NCBI GenBank assembly: GCA_004022145.1
Contig: RCNU01000001.1
Reading direction: 5' to 3' (one strand)
Source of the DNA: Paecilomyces variotii
Lineage: Eukaryota
Length of the DNA: 64,000 nucleotides
The notes under the pieces are model-generated. The model searched no databases, was not told where the DNA came from, and saw nothing but the letters and a program-made list of their open reading frames with translations. The translations under genes were made by a program, and so were the position numbers. This document shows, in pieces, positions 51,720-64,000 of the stretch (position 1 is the stretch's first letter; each line of letters opens with the position of its first letter).

Positions 51720-52239
51720 TTATTGAGAAACAGGAGGTTGGTAATTAATGGGACGCCTATTAGAGGTCAGTAGACGCTACAGTGATGTGGGTAGAAGAGC
51801 AGTTGCATACTTGAAAAGCAAGATATGTGGCTCCGGCTCGTGTACTTCGTAGTGTTCCCATCCCAGACTCTGAATCGCTTAGTCAATTGCCATGGACCAA
51901 TTTGGGGGGGTTGTTTGATTGCATTTGCGACATACCTGAGTGATGCCCAAGCCCCGCCATTCCTCTTCCCACAGAAGCTTCAACGTTCCTTTAGCGCTAT
52001 CAAAATAATCGGCCGGGATCTTTTTCAGCATATTCTTCGGCAACTGCACGTGTCGGTACTCGTATTCATCATCGGAATATCTGCGGCTTGTCAGCGGGGG
52101 GTTTCGCCAACGCTAAGTCTGGACCGCAATACCTAGCGGAGTAATGGATGGAGTCGATGAATTCCTCAAGCTTCTCCCGCTCCGACTCGAGCAAGAGACG
52201 GGGCTTTTTGTTTCTTCTGGAGATGTCGATGTCGGCCAT
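51720..52239 (-). CDS. CKS1: Cyclin-dependent kinase regulatory subunit Cks1/Suc1, 4 exons
   Basis: [21 protein letters not shown]...[36 protein letters not shown] reconstructed across three introns; absent from the ORF track. Confidence 0.95.
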
Positions 52240-53249
52240 TGTCTAGGATCTGATCTGACGAGAAAGGCGTCAGGATTCGGATAGGAGCCGGGATTCTGTG
52301 CGACGGCGAGGAGAGATTAGCAGGGAAACGCGTACTCGCAAAGAGAAGCCGGAAAGGACAGGGCCTTGCCGATCGATATCAATGTGACGCGAACTGTTAC
52401 GCACCACTCAGACCCGTAAGACACGGTGAGAAAAAAAAGCAACCGGACCGTGGTGATTCAGAACTTCCAGAATCGCGTTATCCAATACCGTGTTCTGGAT
52501 ATCAAGCTGTTTGAGGGGGGATCTAAAAACAGCAATAGAAAAGAAAGCGCAATTATTGAGAAGAGAGGACAAGCAGGAGAGTGTTAGCCTTCTTACTCCG
52601 CGGTGGGCTGTCAGTAGTCGGTAGTACTCGATGCGTATCTCAATAACCGCCAAGGAAGTTGGGTCAATTAATGCGGTACCGGCCCACCCAGTCGGGTTCT
52701 TCCTGTCTAGGACTTTCTGTGGCTGCCTCAGGTGTCGATCACGAGACTCTCCAGACTGTTATACAGCTAGACTAGTTATCTATCTACCATAGGAAGAGGC
52801 AATTGCCGCAGTGACTTGAGGACACGCCAGACTACAAAAAGGTCGGATGCCACTTAAGAACCGCCACAGAGTCTCTGCATTGCCCCCTTTGGGAAGCAAC
52901 AATGCTATACTTACCTTCCAGGACAGATCAGAAATGGAAGGAGGTCTTGCCCGGTGCATCTCATGTCGGATTACACGTTTCAGCCGTGCAACAGACTGGG
53001 ACTCAGCCTCGTTGCCGAAACACAGTGAAGGGGAGACTACTAATATGTTCCATAGTCACCTAGAATCTCGTTTCCTGTGTTCTCTTACTCCATTGTTTAC
53101 CATTTTGACCTGCATTACCTTCCTTTCTCTATCAGGGACTCTGCTTTAAGCTGTGCTTGGCAACCCACTTTATACGTTCTTTATTTAAGATTTATAGCAT
53201 TATCTGGGATAACTTTTATTTATACTATACTATATCAAACACACTCGAG

Positions 53250-53873
53250 ATGGCGGATTCTGAAAGGCAGCAAGAGGCCAATGAATTCGCTCGCGAAGCT
53301 GATGTATGTATAGACAGACAGACAGACAGACGGCAAGACACTTCATCTCAGGTTCGATTGAATACTGACCATGTATTAGACCATTCTCATTATACGATGG
53401 GCAATCTTTGCAGGTATTGCTCTGATTCTTCTGATCTGGTTTCTTGCGGGTTTCTTGCATGCTCGAGTACGGATGAGAAAGGGCCTTCCTCCACTCGCTT
53501 ATCACAGAGTAAGTTTATATGAGCAGATATATTCAAAAATCACGGCAGAATCTAACATGCGCGCCAGTGGTTCTATCCGCGCGACCAGCGTACTTATACG
53601 GCTACCAATGTTGGCTATGCCCAAATGCCTTATGGGGCACAACCACCAGGTGAACTGAACCTTGCCCAACAGGAGAAAGCTATACATTATTGCTGACTTT
53701 CATTAGCATATAACTACGGGAGTGCACCCCAACTAGCGCCAGAAAAGACAGAAGCGTGGCAGAACCAGCAGTACACAAGAGATACCTTCGGTGCGAGTCC
53801 TACTGCCGAAGCAGGAGCCGCGCCTGTGCTACCCCCATCAGCCTATATACCCAGGGCAGCACCCCAGATTTAG
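53250..53873 (+). CDS. Small single-pass membrane protein, RCR-like (Congo-red resistance / Rsp5 adaptor-like), 4 exons
   Basis: Introns 53304-53379, 53509-53567 and ~53650-53707 give MADSERQQEANEFAREADTILIIRWAIFAGIALILLIWFLAGFLHARVRMRKGLPPLAYHRWFY...QPPAYNY... Confidence 0.75.
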
Positions 53874-54023
53874 AGACCATGGAGATGTGGCCACTTCCTT
53901 TCGAGGAGATAATGAGCACTCCTCGAAAGTGACTTGCAATGTCCAGGTTGTGCTGGACACAACTCTCAGCCTATCATTAATGAAATTACCTATAAAGACG
54001 TCTGGCCCAGTGATATCTCACTT

Positions 54024-54690
54024 CTAATCGATATCCATCGTCTCGGTTGGATCTCGAGGCACATCCGCTGCAGTGCCAGAGGAGCCGTTCGGAGCATCGG
54101 TTGCCAAGTTGCGCTGGATCTCCGGATGATTCCTTCTTTGTATCTCAGCTTGCTTTTCTCTAGCTCTTGCTCTGGATTCAATAATAGCCTTTCGAACGCT
54201 GTCCTGTTCCTTGGGAACGGTCAATGACGTCGGTACTTGGTAGACCACAAGCTCATTATTTCGCGGCTTCGAATCTGCGAGTAAGGCCTTTGGTACTGAA
54301 ACCAGTCGCTTCTCGATTTCCGGCAGAAAGGCGATGCAGCCCTCCTGTGCTTCTATCTCTTTCAACTCGCGTTCTAAATCGTAGATGTAGGTCGTGTGCT
54401 CTGTGTCGTCTAACAGCATCGAGTCGCTTGGCAACGATGGCTGCCGGACTGCCGGTGGCGCGTGCTCCTGTCCGAACCCATTGCAATCTGGCAGAGGCCC
54501 TGTGGAAGATGATATGGTTAATACAGATCAAGCAGAATAGAGATAATCTCAATAGGACAGAAAATAATAGATCAATACCGATGTGCAGGCGCCCGAACTT
54601 CTTGGTCAAAGGTTGGTCGCCGTCGGGGTCGCTCTCCGCGGGGCGTTTCTGGCCTTGAGTTCGAACGCCCAGATCAAAATGCGGTGCCAT
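54024..54690 (-). CDS. Hypothetical protein, 2 exons
   Basis: KRPAESDPDGDQPLTKKFGRLHI exon plus DSMLLDDTEHTTYIYDLEREL...ELVVYQVPTSLTVPKEQDSVRKAIIESRARAR exon, ending MDID. Confidence 0.75.
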
Positions 54691-54825
54691 CAACCGACTC
54701 CCAAATCGGAGCGACCGCGATAAACTTTGGACGAGAGCGCGAAGCGCAGCTAATCTCTTCTGTTCTGGCGTTTCTGCTCAATCGTGTTTCGAGGCAGGAG
54801 TTTCTGCTCGTGGCCGGTCCGCTTT

Positions 54826-57800
54826 ATGAGAGTTCTGCGGGTTCTCAAGGATGGGGAACTGGCTTTGACTCACCTATTCTCGCCATCCCAGCCAATTCCC
54901 AGAACATTCCATCATCCTCACCTTCTCCGCAACAGCACAACCCAACACCGGACTGTTCCTTTCGCGCTGTTCAGGATGGCTTCCACTCTGCCGCGTCGTC
55001 CTGAGTGGACTGCCAGTCAAGTTAGGGAGACTTTCTTGGATTATTTCAAGAAGAATGGCCACACTTTCGGTATGCCCAATTTCGCCCCTCCTTTGCTCTG
55101 GTCTTTTTTTTGCCCTTCTTTTTGCTGACATGCGACATCGATACAGTGCCTTCATCTTCGGTGGTCCCTCTATCGGACCCTACTCTGCTCTTCACAAATG
55201 CTGGTATGAACCAGTTCAAGTCGATTTTCCTAGGAACTGTCGATCCCCAGTCCGACTTTGCGCAGCTCAAGCGTGCCGTCAACTCTCAGAAGGTACCCCG
55301 CGCCCACTTTCCCCCTCGATATTATACTTCTCTTGCTGACTCTATAACAGTGCATCCGTGCCGGTGGAAAGCATAATGTACGTCTATTCATTGCTAAATG
55401 TTCTCGTGACCTGCGTTTACTGATCATTCTAGGATCTCGACGATGTCGGGAAAGATAGCTACCACCATGTGAGTTACCCCGCTAAACAAAGGAAGCTTGA
55501 TAGAAGAACCACTCGCTGACCGGGAATTATCACTAGACATTCTTCGAAATGTTGGGTAACTGGAGTTTTGGCGACTACTTCAAGAAGGATGCGATCCGGT
55601 ATTCCTGGGACCTGTTGACGAAAGTATACGGTTTAGACCCGGACCGCCTCTACGTTACGTACTTTGAAGGAAGTGAAGCCGGTGGCCTGGAGCCAGACCT
55701 GGAAGCCAAAGAACTGTGGAGATCGGTCGGTGTCGCTGAGGACCACATCCTTCCTGGAAACATGAAGGATAACTTCTGGGAAATGGGTGACCAGGGTCCC
55801 TGCGGTCCTTGCAGTGAGATTCACTATGACCGCATCGGCGGACGCAACGCTGCGCATCTGGTCAACCAGGATGATCCTGATGTTCTTGAGATCTGGAACA
55901 ACGTCTTCATCCAATACAACCGCGAACCCGACCGTTCTTTGCGGCCCCTTCCCAACAAGCACGTTGACACAGGAATGGGCTACGAAAGATTGGTTTCTAT
56001 ACTGCAGGACAAGTCTTCGAACTACGACACAGATGTCTTCCTTCCTTTGTTCAAGAAGATCCAGGAAATTACCGGCGCACGAGACTACCAGGGACGTTTC
56101 GGTGCCGAGGATCCAGACGGTATCGACACAGCATACCGTGTGATCGCGGACCACGTCCGTACGCTGACCATCGCCATCACGGACGGGGCTGCTCCAAACA
56201 ACGAAGGTCGCGGTTATGTGATTCGTCGAGTCCTTCGTCGAGGAGCCCGGTTTGCTCGCAAGTATTTCCAAGTCGAGATTGGAAGCTTCTTTTCCAAGAT
56301 CGTGCCCACCGTTGTCGAGCAGATGGGCGGCATGTTTCCGGAGTTGCAGAAGAAGCAGGCTGACGTTATGGAGATCTTGGATGAAGAAGAAATCTCCTTC
56401 GCTAAGACTCTGGACCGCGGTGAGAGACAGTTTGAGAACTATGCACAGCAAGCCAAGGTCAAGGGCTTGGACAAACTGCACGGTGCTGATGTTTGGAGGC
56501 TGTACGACACCTTCGGCTTCCCTGTGGACCTGACTCAAATCATGGCTGAAGAACGCGGCTTGCGCATCGATGATGCCGAGTTTGAGGAAGCGAGACTGAA
56601 AGCCAAGGAGGCAAGCAGAGGCGAAAAGAAAGCTGCTGCTGATACTGTCAAACTGGACGTGCACGACCTTGGAAAGCTGGAAAAGATGAACGATGTACCC
56701 AAGACCGATGACAGTGCCAAGTTTGAGAGGGGCAACATCAGCGCCCAGATCAAGGCTATCTACCATGCCAAGAAGTTCGTTTCCTCCACGGATGAGATAC
56801 CAGAAGGGGAACAACTCGGTATCATCCTTGACCGCACAAATTTCTACGCAGAGCAAGGTGGACAGGAAAACGACACAGGCAAAATTATCATCGATGGAAA
56901 GGCCGAACTTGAGGTCGGTGATGTCCAATCATACGCCGGTTACGTTCTACACACTGGTACTATGAAATATGGATCTTTCTCTCTCGGTGATACGGTTATT
57001 GCTGAATACGATGAGCTTCGTCGGTGGCCCATCAGGAACAACCATACCGGAACGCATATTCTGAACTTCGCCCTGAGAGCGATTCTTGGCGATGGAATCG
57101 AGCAAAGAGGCTCGCTTGTTGCGGCGGAAAAGCTACGATTCGACTTTTCGCATAAGTCGGCCATCTCCGACAGCGATCTGGCGAAGATTGAGGACAAATC
57201 AACCGAGTATATCCGCCAAAATTGCGCTGTCTACTCGAAAGAAGTCCCGTTGGCAACAGCTCGGGAAATCGCGGGAGTTCGCGCTGTCTTCGGTGAGACG
57301 TACCCAGATCCTGTCCGCGTTGTCTCCGTGGGAGTTGAGTTGGAGGAGATCTTGAAGAACGTCAAGGACCCGCGGTGGGAAGAAGTCAGCATCGAGTTCT
57401 GCGGTGGAACCCATGTGCAGAAAACCGGAGACATCAAGGACCTCATCATCTTGGAAGAAAGCGGTATTGCGAAAGGCATCCGTCGTATAATCGCCGTGAC
57501 CGGTGAGGAAGCTCATGAGGTGCAGAGGGTGGCTCAAGAGTTCGAAAAGCGCGTAGACTTGCTTGATAAGCTGGAAATGGGCCCCAAGAAAGAGCAAGAA
57601 GCGAAGCAGATCCAGGTTGAGCTGAGCCAGCTCTCGATATCCGCAGTGCACAAGGCGAAATTGCGCGAGCGCTTTAACCAGATCAACAAGCAAGTTATCG
57701 AGGGCCAGAAGGCTCAGCAGAAACTCGAGTCCAAGAAGGCGCTTGAGACAATTACGACTTACTTCCAGGATCCCGAGAACAAGGATAAGCCTTGGCTAGT

Positions 57801-58175
57801 TGTGAGACTCCCCATTTCTGCCAACGCCAAGGCAGTTAGCGAGTCTCTCAATTATGTCAAGTCGAAGCTTTCAGACAAGGCTGTGTATGTCCTGGCTGCA
57901 GATTCTGAACAGGGCCGGGTGTCTCACGGGTGCTATGTCCCCAAGGTAAGCTCAGTGAACAGCACGATCTTCGAAGCATTGGTACTAATTCTTGACGATA
58001 GAACCTGGGCGAACAGGGCGCCTCGCCAAATGAGTGGGCTGGTGTTGTTGCTGGAGCTGTTGGTGGTAAGGCTGGAGGTAAGGCTCCTACTGCTATTGGC
58101 AGTGGCACAAACGTCGATAAGGTGGATGAAGCCATCGCTCAGGCTACGGAATACCTTCAGAAGTTTAAGTTGTAA
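54826..58175 (+). CDS. ALA1: Alanyl-tRNA synthetase (second in-frame ATG at 54976, probable cytosolic start)
   Basis: [60 protein letters not shown], editing-domain NHTGTH and EFCGGTH, C-terminal GGKAGGK. Five introns. Confidence 0.97.
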
Positions 58176-58442
58176 GCTCCGACCATTGTGTTAGCTCTGT
58201 GACACATGATTTTCTTTTCTTTCGGGAATTTGCATGATGGCTTGGTGGGAGAATCCACGTTTTGAGTATCTGCAAGAAACGGAGTGGTTAGGAAAACGGC
58301 AGAATACGATATCGTGCTACCTCATCATTTAGGGATGGTCTTCCAGGAACAATAGAGCGAATAGTATATAAAGCTACTTTTTCTTTTAGCCCTCTTTTAT
58401 TCTTTCTGTGTAGATCTCGACGGTATCACAAGCTAGCGAAGG

Positions 58443-58894
58443 TCACATTTCTCCGCACTGTACAATAACTACGTCCTGGTTTGGTTTATCTCTTGTTGTC
58501 CTGGTATTCTCTATCATACGGACAACATCCATCCCGTCAATGACTTTTCCGAAGACAACATGTTTGTTGTCAAGAAAGGGAGTCGGCGTAGTAGTTATAA
58601 AGAACTGACACCCATTTGTATTTGGGCCAGAGTTCTAGAAAGTGTTAGTTAGCCAGCACTCGCGAGAGAGAGGCATCCCAGAGAATGGTGGTGGTAGATA
58701 TTTCCTTGACTTACAGCCATACTGAGCACTCCTGGGCTATCGTGCTTCATGATGAAATTTTCATCTGCAAATTTTTGGGTACCGTAAATCGTAGCACTGC
58801 CCGTGCCATCACCCTTGATGAAGTCACCACCTTGGATCATGAAATCTTTGATCTGTGCATGTAACATTAGCCTGACTGAAAGTTCTTCTTCTGT

Positions 58895-58958
<64 letters not shown>

Positions 58959-59444
58959 AAAGGCGTTGCTGTTGAACATACCACTCGATGAAATTTACTG
59001 CCCTTGTAGCCTTGTGGCTGTCCTTGGGGATTCTTCGTCTCGCCGGTACAGAACTGACGGAAATTCTCCGCGGTGCGAGGGACAACATTGGCGAATAATT
59101 CCATCTTAATGCGGCCCAGTGGCTGCCCTGAAGTGATGGCTTTCATGTTAGATCTTGTCCCATTTTATTGATAGTAGCGAAGATGAATCCGGTGGACAGG
59201 TATACATATAAAAAAGTGATGCAGAAAAAAAAAGACACCATGGTTTCAAAGAAACATCAAGATTAGGAAGTGGGGGGTTTGTCCTCCTGTAGCTGGAAGA
59301 CTATTGCCCATCCTACTGAGATTTGAATGCTGGAGTGTTCCCTTCTGCGTTGTTTCGAGGCGATCCAGAAAGAGATGCATGTCACTTACCACCGAGGGCG
59401 ATGTCGAAAAAGACGACCGGATTCGGAGCCTTCGAATCTGCCAT
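58443..59444 (-). CDS. Peptidyl-prolyl cis-trans isomerase, cyclophilin H-like
   Basis: [83 protein letters not shown]. Three introns. Confidence 0.92.
58898..58955. repeat. 58-bp poly(A) homopolymer (poly-U in cyclophilin intron 2)
   Basis: Uninterrupted A run in the sequence. Confidence 0.95.
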
Positions 59445-60987
59445 TGTGTCCTTAGAGCGATACGATATTGTATTCGCGAAAGGAAATTGTCGTAATGTTT
59501 GCTTGATAGAGCCCCTTCAATGTAGGGATCTCCAATGTCAATTTTGATCTCCTCCTAGATTGGAGATGTTAAAAGCGGACGTCACCCTAGCTTAGCTTAG
59601 GTAGGGATTATGATTGTTTCCTGCCACACCTTCAAGCTTCACCCACGCCCATGAGGATGCCAACAACCACCATCGAGATAATACGGCCATACAACCTTGA
59701 TGCGCCATGGAATCTTCGTATTTAATGTAGAGATGGATCTAATTTCTTTTCGTATACAAGAAGTGCACCTATTCTGACAGGGGGTAATAGCTATCTTGTG
59801 TCATTGTACGTATCGATCTAGGTACAGTACTTTTGTAGTCCCTTGTACTGAAGAACTACTATAAAACGGCCTGAAGAAAGACATATTAATCAACGGAACG
59901 AGGTGATGGTCTACAGCTGCGAAACGACATCCAGTTAGAGTACCTGTTAGAGTAGTTATACTTTGTATGTACGAAAACGGCCGTCACGGACGTTTTTGAC
60001 CGAAAACAACCCGTTTATCGCACCAGAAGCACATTCTTTCCTACCACTTATTTACTATAAGCGATCGACATCTGAAACGAGGGCTACGTTAAGGGGCAGA
60101 TGGTCAAGATCCCTAGTTCAAATAAAACGAGGGCGTGTGCTCCTAAACCTCCATTAATTAATTAGGTTCGCGGGAGCAATCTCGTGACTTGCAGTGTCAG
60201 CCCCGAGATCTCGACTCTCTTCCCGTCTGCTACCATTATTGTCATTGCCAACTGCCATCCATTATCAGCAACGCTCTCCTACTTATCGCGGCACCTCCGG
60301 GGAGGTAGCATATCTCCATTACTGATACCCGCTTCATCCTACCTACCAACCCGGTGCACTTGTCGCCTTCTCCCGTGTTACCAGCCAGGGCCGGCCCCCT
60401 CCCGATCTCGGTCGACATATCCCAACTGCCCCGGTCGAAAGCGTTCGCAGTTACGGAGCTCCCAGCATTCGTCTATATATCCAATTCCAAGTGGTTAGGT
60501 CTAATGTGACCTCCATCCCGTCCTCGTCTTTGAGATACAATCTACCTAGTGGTGCACGGCAACTATAATCGCCTTTCATAGTTTGCGCTCGCGGCCCTAT
60601 CTATTTCGCGGAGTATCTCTCTGTCAGTTGCGAATGCTGTCAGTGGAATGGTCCACAGGCGCTCTCTAATGAGTGCGCATGCAGAGTTTGTGACGACTAC
60701 TGACAAACTTGGGCCCTGCCTGCCAAAACGAAAAGGAAAAAAAGCACCAGGCGAGCCTGGCTTGGTGCTTCAGTTCCCTCCCCAGCGCCGACGGTGAACT
60801 GGCGAGCGACTGGTCCTGAGAATTCTTTTCTATCGGTCTCCTAAACGAGAGAAGACGCATTCATCGGGGCGAGTAATTTCTCGAGCGTTTGCTCTATAGT
60901 ATACAACTTGACGCTCCGCCCTTATCACCGTCTTGTTTCCGAACTCCGCCCTTAACTCACGCCACGGCTGGCATCAGTGATCCCAAG

Positions 60988-62408
60988 ATGTCAGCAGCTT
61001 CTGCGACTACTTCCAGCGCGGCTGCAACGAGTTCCGCCGCGGGAAACGGAGGTGGTAGTGGTAACAGTGGGCCGACCAACTCGCCCTTATTATTCTTTGT
61101 CGCTCTCGGCTTTGGTGTTGTTTTTACAAATCTATGGTCAGTTTCTGATACTCGAAGAGAATTCCCTGCCTCTCATTTCTAACTCGCGACTCGCGGACGA
61201 TCAGGATCATTGTCGGTGTCAAATATTGTTTTCGTTATAACCAACGAAACCGTCAAATGCGCAATGAAGGAGCCGGGGAAACTATAGACCTAATCAGTGT
61301 GCCTAGGCCGCATAGGAGGCGACGAGAGAAGAAATTAATGACGATGGATGAAGTGAATGAGCGATTCCCCCTTGTCAAATATAAAGTGTGGCGATCGACG
61401 AGAGCGGACAAAGGTCTTCCGACTGCCGGAGGAATTACGGCACCGAGCAGTAGACCCCAGAGTCTGAAGAATGAAGATGGCATATCTGCTGTCACTGTTG
61501 GAATTTCCATTTCTCCCGAAGCGACTACATCCGCCCCAGCCGGGACCCATCGACGTGTAGAGTCTACTTCCTCGGACTTATCGAGTACCATTGAACAAGT
61601 CCAACACAACGAGCATATACTGGTCCAATCAGATGAAAAAGGAGAGGCAGGACCTCCCATCCATGACGATCGATCATTTGAGTCGACCAATGCCGACGCT
61701 CGCCAGACCAACGCAGATGACACTGCAAACAAAGAACCGCGTACCTCGGAAGACAACGAGGACGATCCCATTCGAACAGCAATTGCGGCTGAGCTACTTC
61801 CAGACCCAGGAGATTCCTGTGCTATTTGTCTTGACTTAATCGAGGACGACGATGAGATTCGGGGGCTCACGTGTGGACATGTATTCCATGCTTCTTGTGT
61901 AGACCCATGGTTGACAAGTCGTCGTGCCTGTTGTCCTCTCTGCAAAGCGGACTACTATGTTCCCAAACCGAGACCTGCAGGTACTGAAGGAGGGCAAGAA
62001 GATGCACGACATCGTCGACGTGTGCATGGTCGTACGAATGCGCCCACACAGCCGCAGGCCGTCTTCGTTGGTGGAAGAGTGAACTTGTTTCGGCCCAGAG
62101 TGGTATTACCCAGTCGGTCTATGGGGCCTCTGCCTCAAGGGGAAAGGAGATCACCCGTTGGAACACGCCTCGCTGCTCCTTCAGACAATGCTGCTGATCC
62201 TTCCGACACAGTCGGACACGGGCAGCGGACTTCAGGATGGAGATCATTATTAACCTCCGCTCGCTCGACGCTGTTACCTTCCTCTTCACCTAGGTCGCCT
62301 ATCTCCAGTCATTCTCGCAGAGGATTGCGCCTGTCATCAAATGCAGATACCAGGTCATCGAGAGAGGAGCCTACTCCTCGACAACTCGAGGCAGGCTCCG
62401 CCGTTTGA
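60988..62408 (+). CDS. Membrane-anchored RING-H2 finger protein (putative E3 ubiquitin ligase)
   Basis: N-terminal TM (SPLLFFVALGFGVVFTNLWIIVGVKYCFRY across intron ~61138-61204) and CAICLD...LTCGHVFHASCVDPWL...CPLCK. Confidence 0.9.
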
Positions 62409-63218
62409 GCCAAATGAGCCAAAGGACTCGAATCTCATTGAGGCTACGTGCGCATGACTATAATTGTATTCTTGGGACATATGCCATTTATAAAATCGAT
62501 GTTGATATTCGAATGTGAGTGCCTGTTTGACATCCAGTGGCTGTGCATGTTGCAACTGCGTTGCACATCATGCAGGATTTATGTACCATTACCCTCCATT
62601 TTTGTTTTCTATTGCTTTGGAGTATATCTGCGTTTTAACGAACATACCATGAGAAAGCTATTTATCTACTTTTCAAATTACTATGCAGTGACTATTCTCA
62701 CCCTAAGGGCGGACGGACTAGTACGTTCCCGTAGCTTTTCATCCTAGGTAGAATATCAGTCCTTGATACTCGTGTTGGTTGCGATCTTGCGTTTATCGCC
62801 CTTTTGAAGGGTTCTGGACCTGCGTAGCTTTAGTAGTATTCCGAAATTATCGCGTCTTTTCAACTCTAGTATATATCATCATTTAGGGAGTATCTCATAC
62901 AATCGATCCTTAAACGGTCATGCTCAAGGTCAGTTAACCTGCTAGGCTGTTAAAGCCGAGGCTTATCTTATCTTTTCTTTTTCTTTCTTTTTTAAAATAC
63001 GAAGAGTGATTATTGAAGTGGGGCCTACCCAATATCATTCTTCGTTTGTATTGGGAGCACAACATGAACATAACTTGAAAAAAGAAGCCTTCGTGCATAA
63101 GCAACTCCTGCTAAACAAGACTCAGATTTGGAAAACACGAGACGAGACGAGTGATATAAACAAACATGAGGCGGCATGTCGAATAGTTAGGTAGTTATAC
63201 AGCTAGCTTCGCAATGGT

Positions 63219-64000
63219 CTACCTCTGCGCCCTCGGCGCTCCAACACCGGCACCAATCACACTAGGTAGCTCCTGTTGCCCTACATTGAACAACATACCG
63301 ATGCCACTGGCAATCGCGAATACGATAGCTAGTGTTATGCCAGCCAGCAGGAAAAAGGGCGTGCTCACATCCTTCTTCTGGCATGCTGGACCACCCCACT
63401 GGATCGTTCTTACACTACCATCCTTGCCTTTCTCCACAGTTTCCACACATTTGCATGCATAGCAGTCGCTTCGAGCGGATTCATCCTTAGAACCATACTT
63501 GCGGTAGCAGTGTCCATGCCCAGAGCAGTTATTCGTAGCTTCAACACACGCAGAATCCGAAAGATAGCAGACTGGCATCAGCGTCGATGGAACTGAGCTC
63601 TCATACCGCGAACCGTGGAGAGACGAGGATTTTGACGAAGCCGCTTGTGACACGGCTGGCTTTAGAGCGCTCTCTTTTGTATCATAACGAGCATTGCGCT
63701 TTTGCTTTGTTGTAACATCCGTCAGGGGCAAGAGAAGGACGGTCGTCTCTTGTTCCGACTTGGCTGCCAGAGACGATAGGTTGTTGAAAAGAGACGACAG
63801 GGTGTTGGACACCGCAGCTTTCTCTTTACGTTCCATCCGAGACTAGATTGAAGGACACTACGTTTAGCGGGGAGTAGTATATAGTCAGGTCTGTAAATGA
63901 CATACCGGGAGTGTGATTCTTAGGATTGAAATTGCTCCATTTTCTTTGCTCCAACTTTCAACCCTTCTCACCGGGAATGATGGAGAGGATCCCCGGCCGA
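63219..64000 (-). CDS. DUF3844-type type-I membrane protein (3' part; continues beyond window)
   Basis: C-terminal CY...CVEATNNCSGHGHC...CKC...WGGPACQKKDVS followed by a TM helix and ELPSVIGAGV; intron near 63843-63905. Confidence 0.8.

Noticed and set aside
55633..56928. 431-aa antisense ORF inside AlaRS, and similar long antisense ORFs over YEA4, DNM1, RAD17 and ABP1
   Set aside because: Shadow ORFs expected from codon bias on the coding strand; no recognisable protein features.
58649..59146. Poly-Phe stretch in the cyclophilin ORF
   Set aside because: It lies in a GT-AG intron; the spliced protein reads FHRV|IKDF normally.
1..64000. tRNA, rRNA, snoRNA genes or CRISPR arrays
   Set aside because: None recognised by eye; small structured RNAs cannot be excluded without tRNAscan-SE or Infernal.

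Overview
This is a gene-dense, intron-containing 64 kb region of a filamentous ascomycete, Eurotiomycete/Aspergillus-like by intron style and gene content. The backbone is housekeeping genes: VPS10 3' part, cytidine deaminase, ornithine-carrier-like transporter, CGR1, TMA22/DENR, Reg1-like, ELMO, RAD17, YEA4-type transporter, DNM1, ABP1, an F-box-like protein, a DsbA-like protein, CKS1, an RCR-like membrane protein, AlaRS, cyclophilin H, a RING-H2 protein and a DUF3844 protein. Two accessory islands interrupt it (~10.2-15.4 kb and ~48.9-50.9 kb). Each carries a spliced PD-(D/E)XK/Uma2-like nuclease-fold gene; the two genes are clear paralogues and share two intron positions. Each island is bracketed by its own degenerate ~200-230 bp direct repeat. 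The first island also holds a second, divergent PD-(D/E)XK gene of another family, plus decayed SRPK-like kinase and MFS fragments. These repeat-flanked nuclease cassettes are the best candidate for an undescribed selfish or mobile system. All family assignments come from motif recognition by eye, not database searches.
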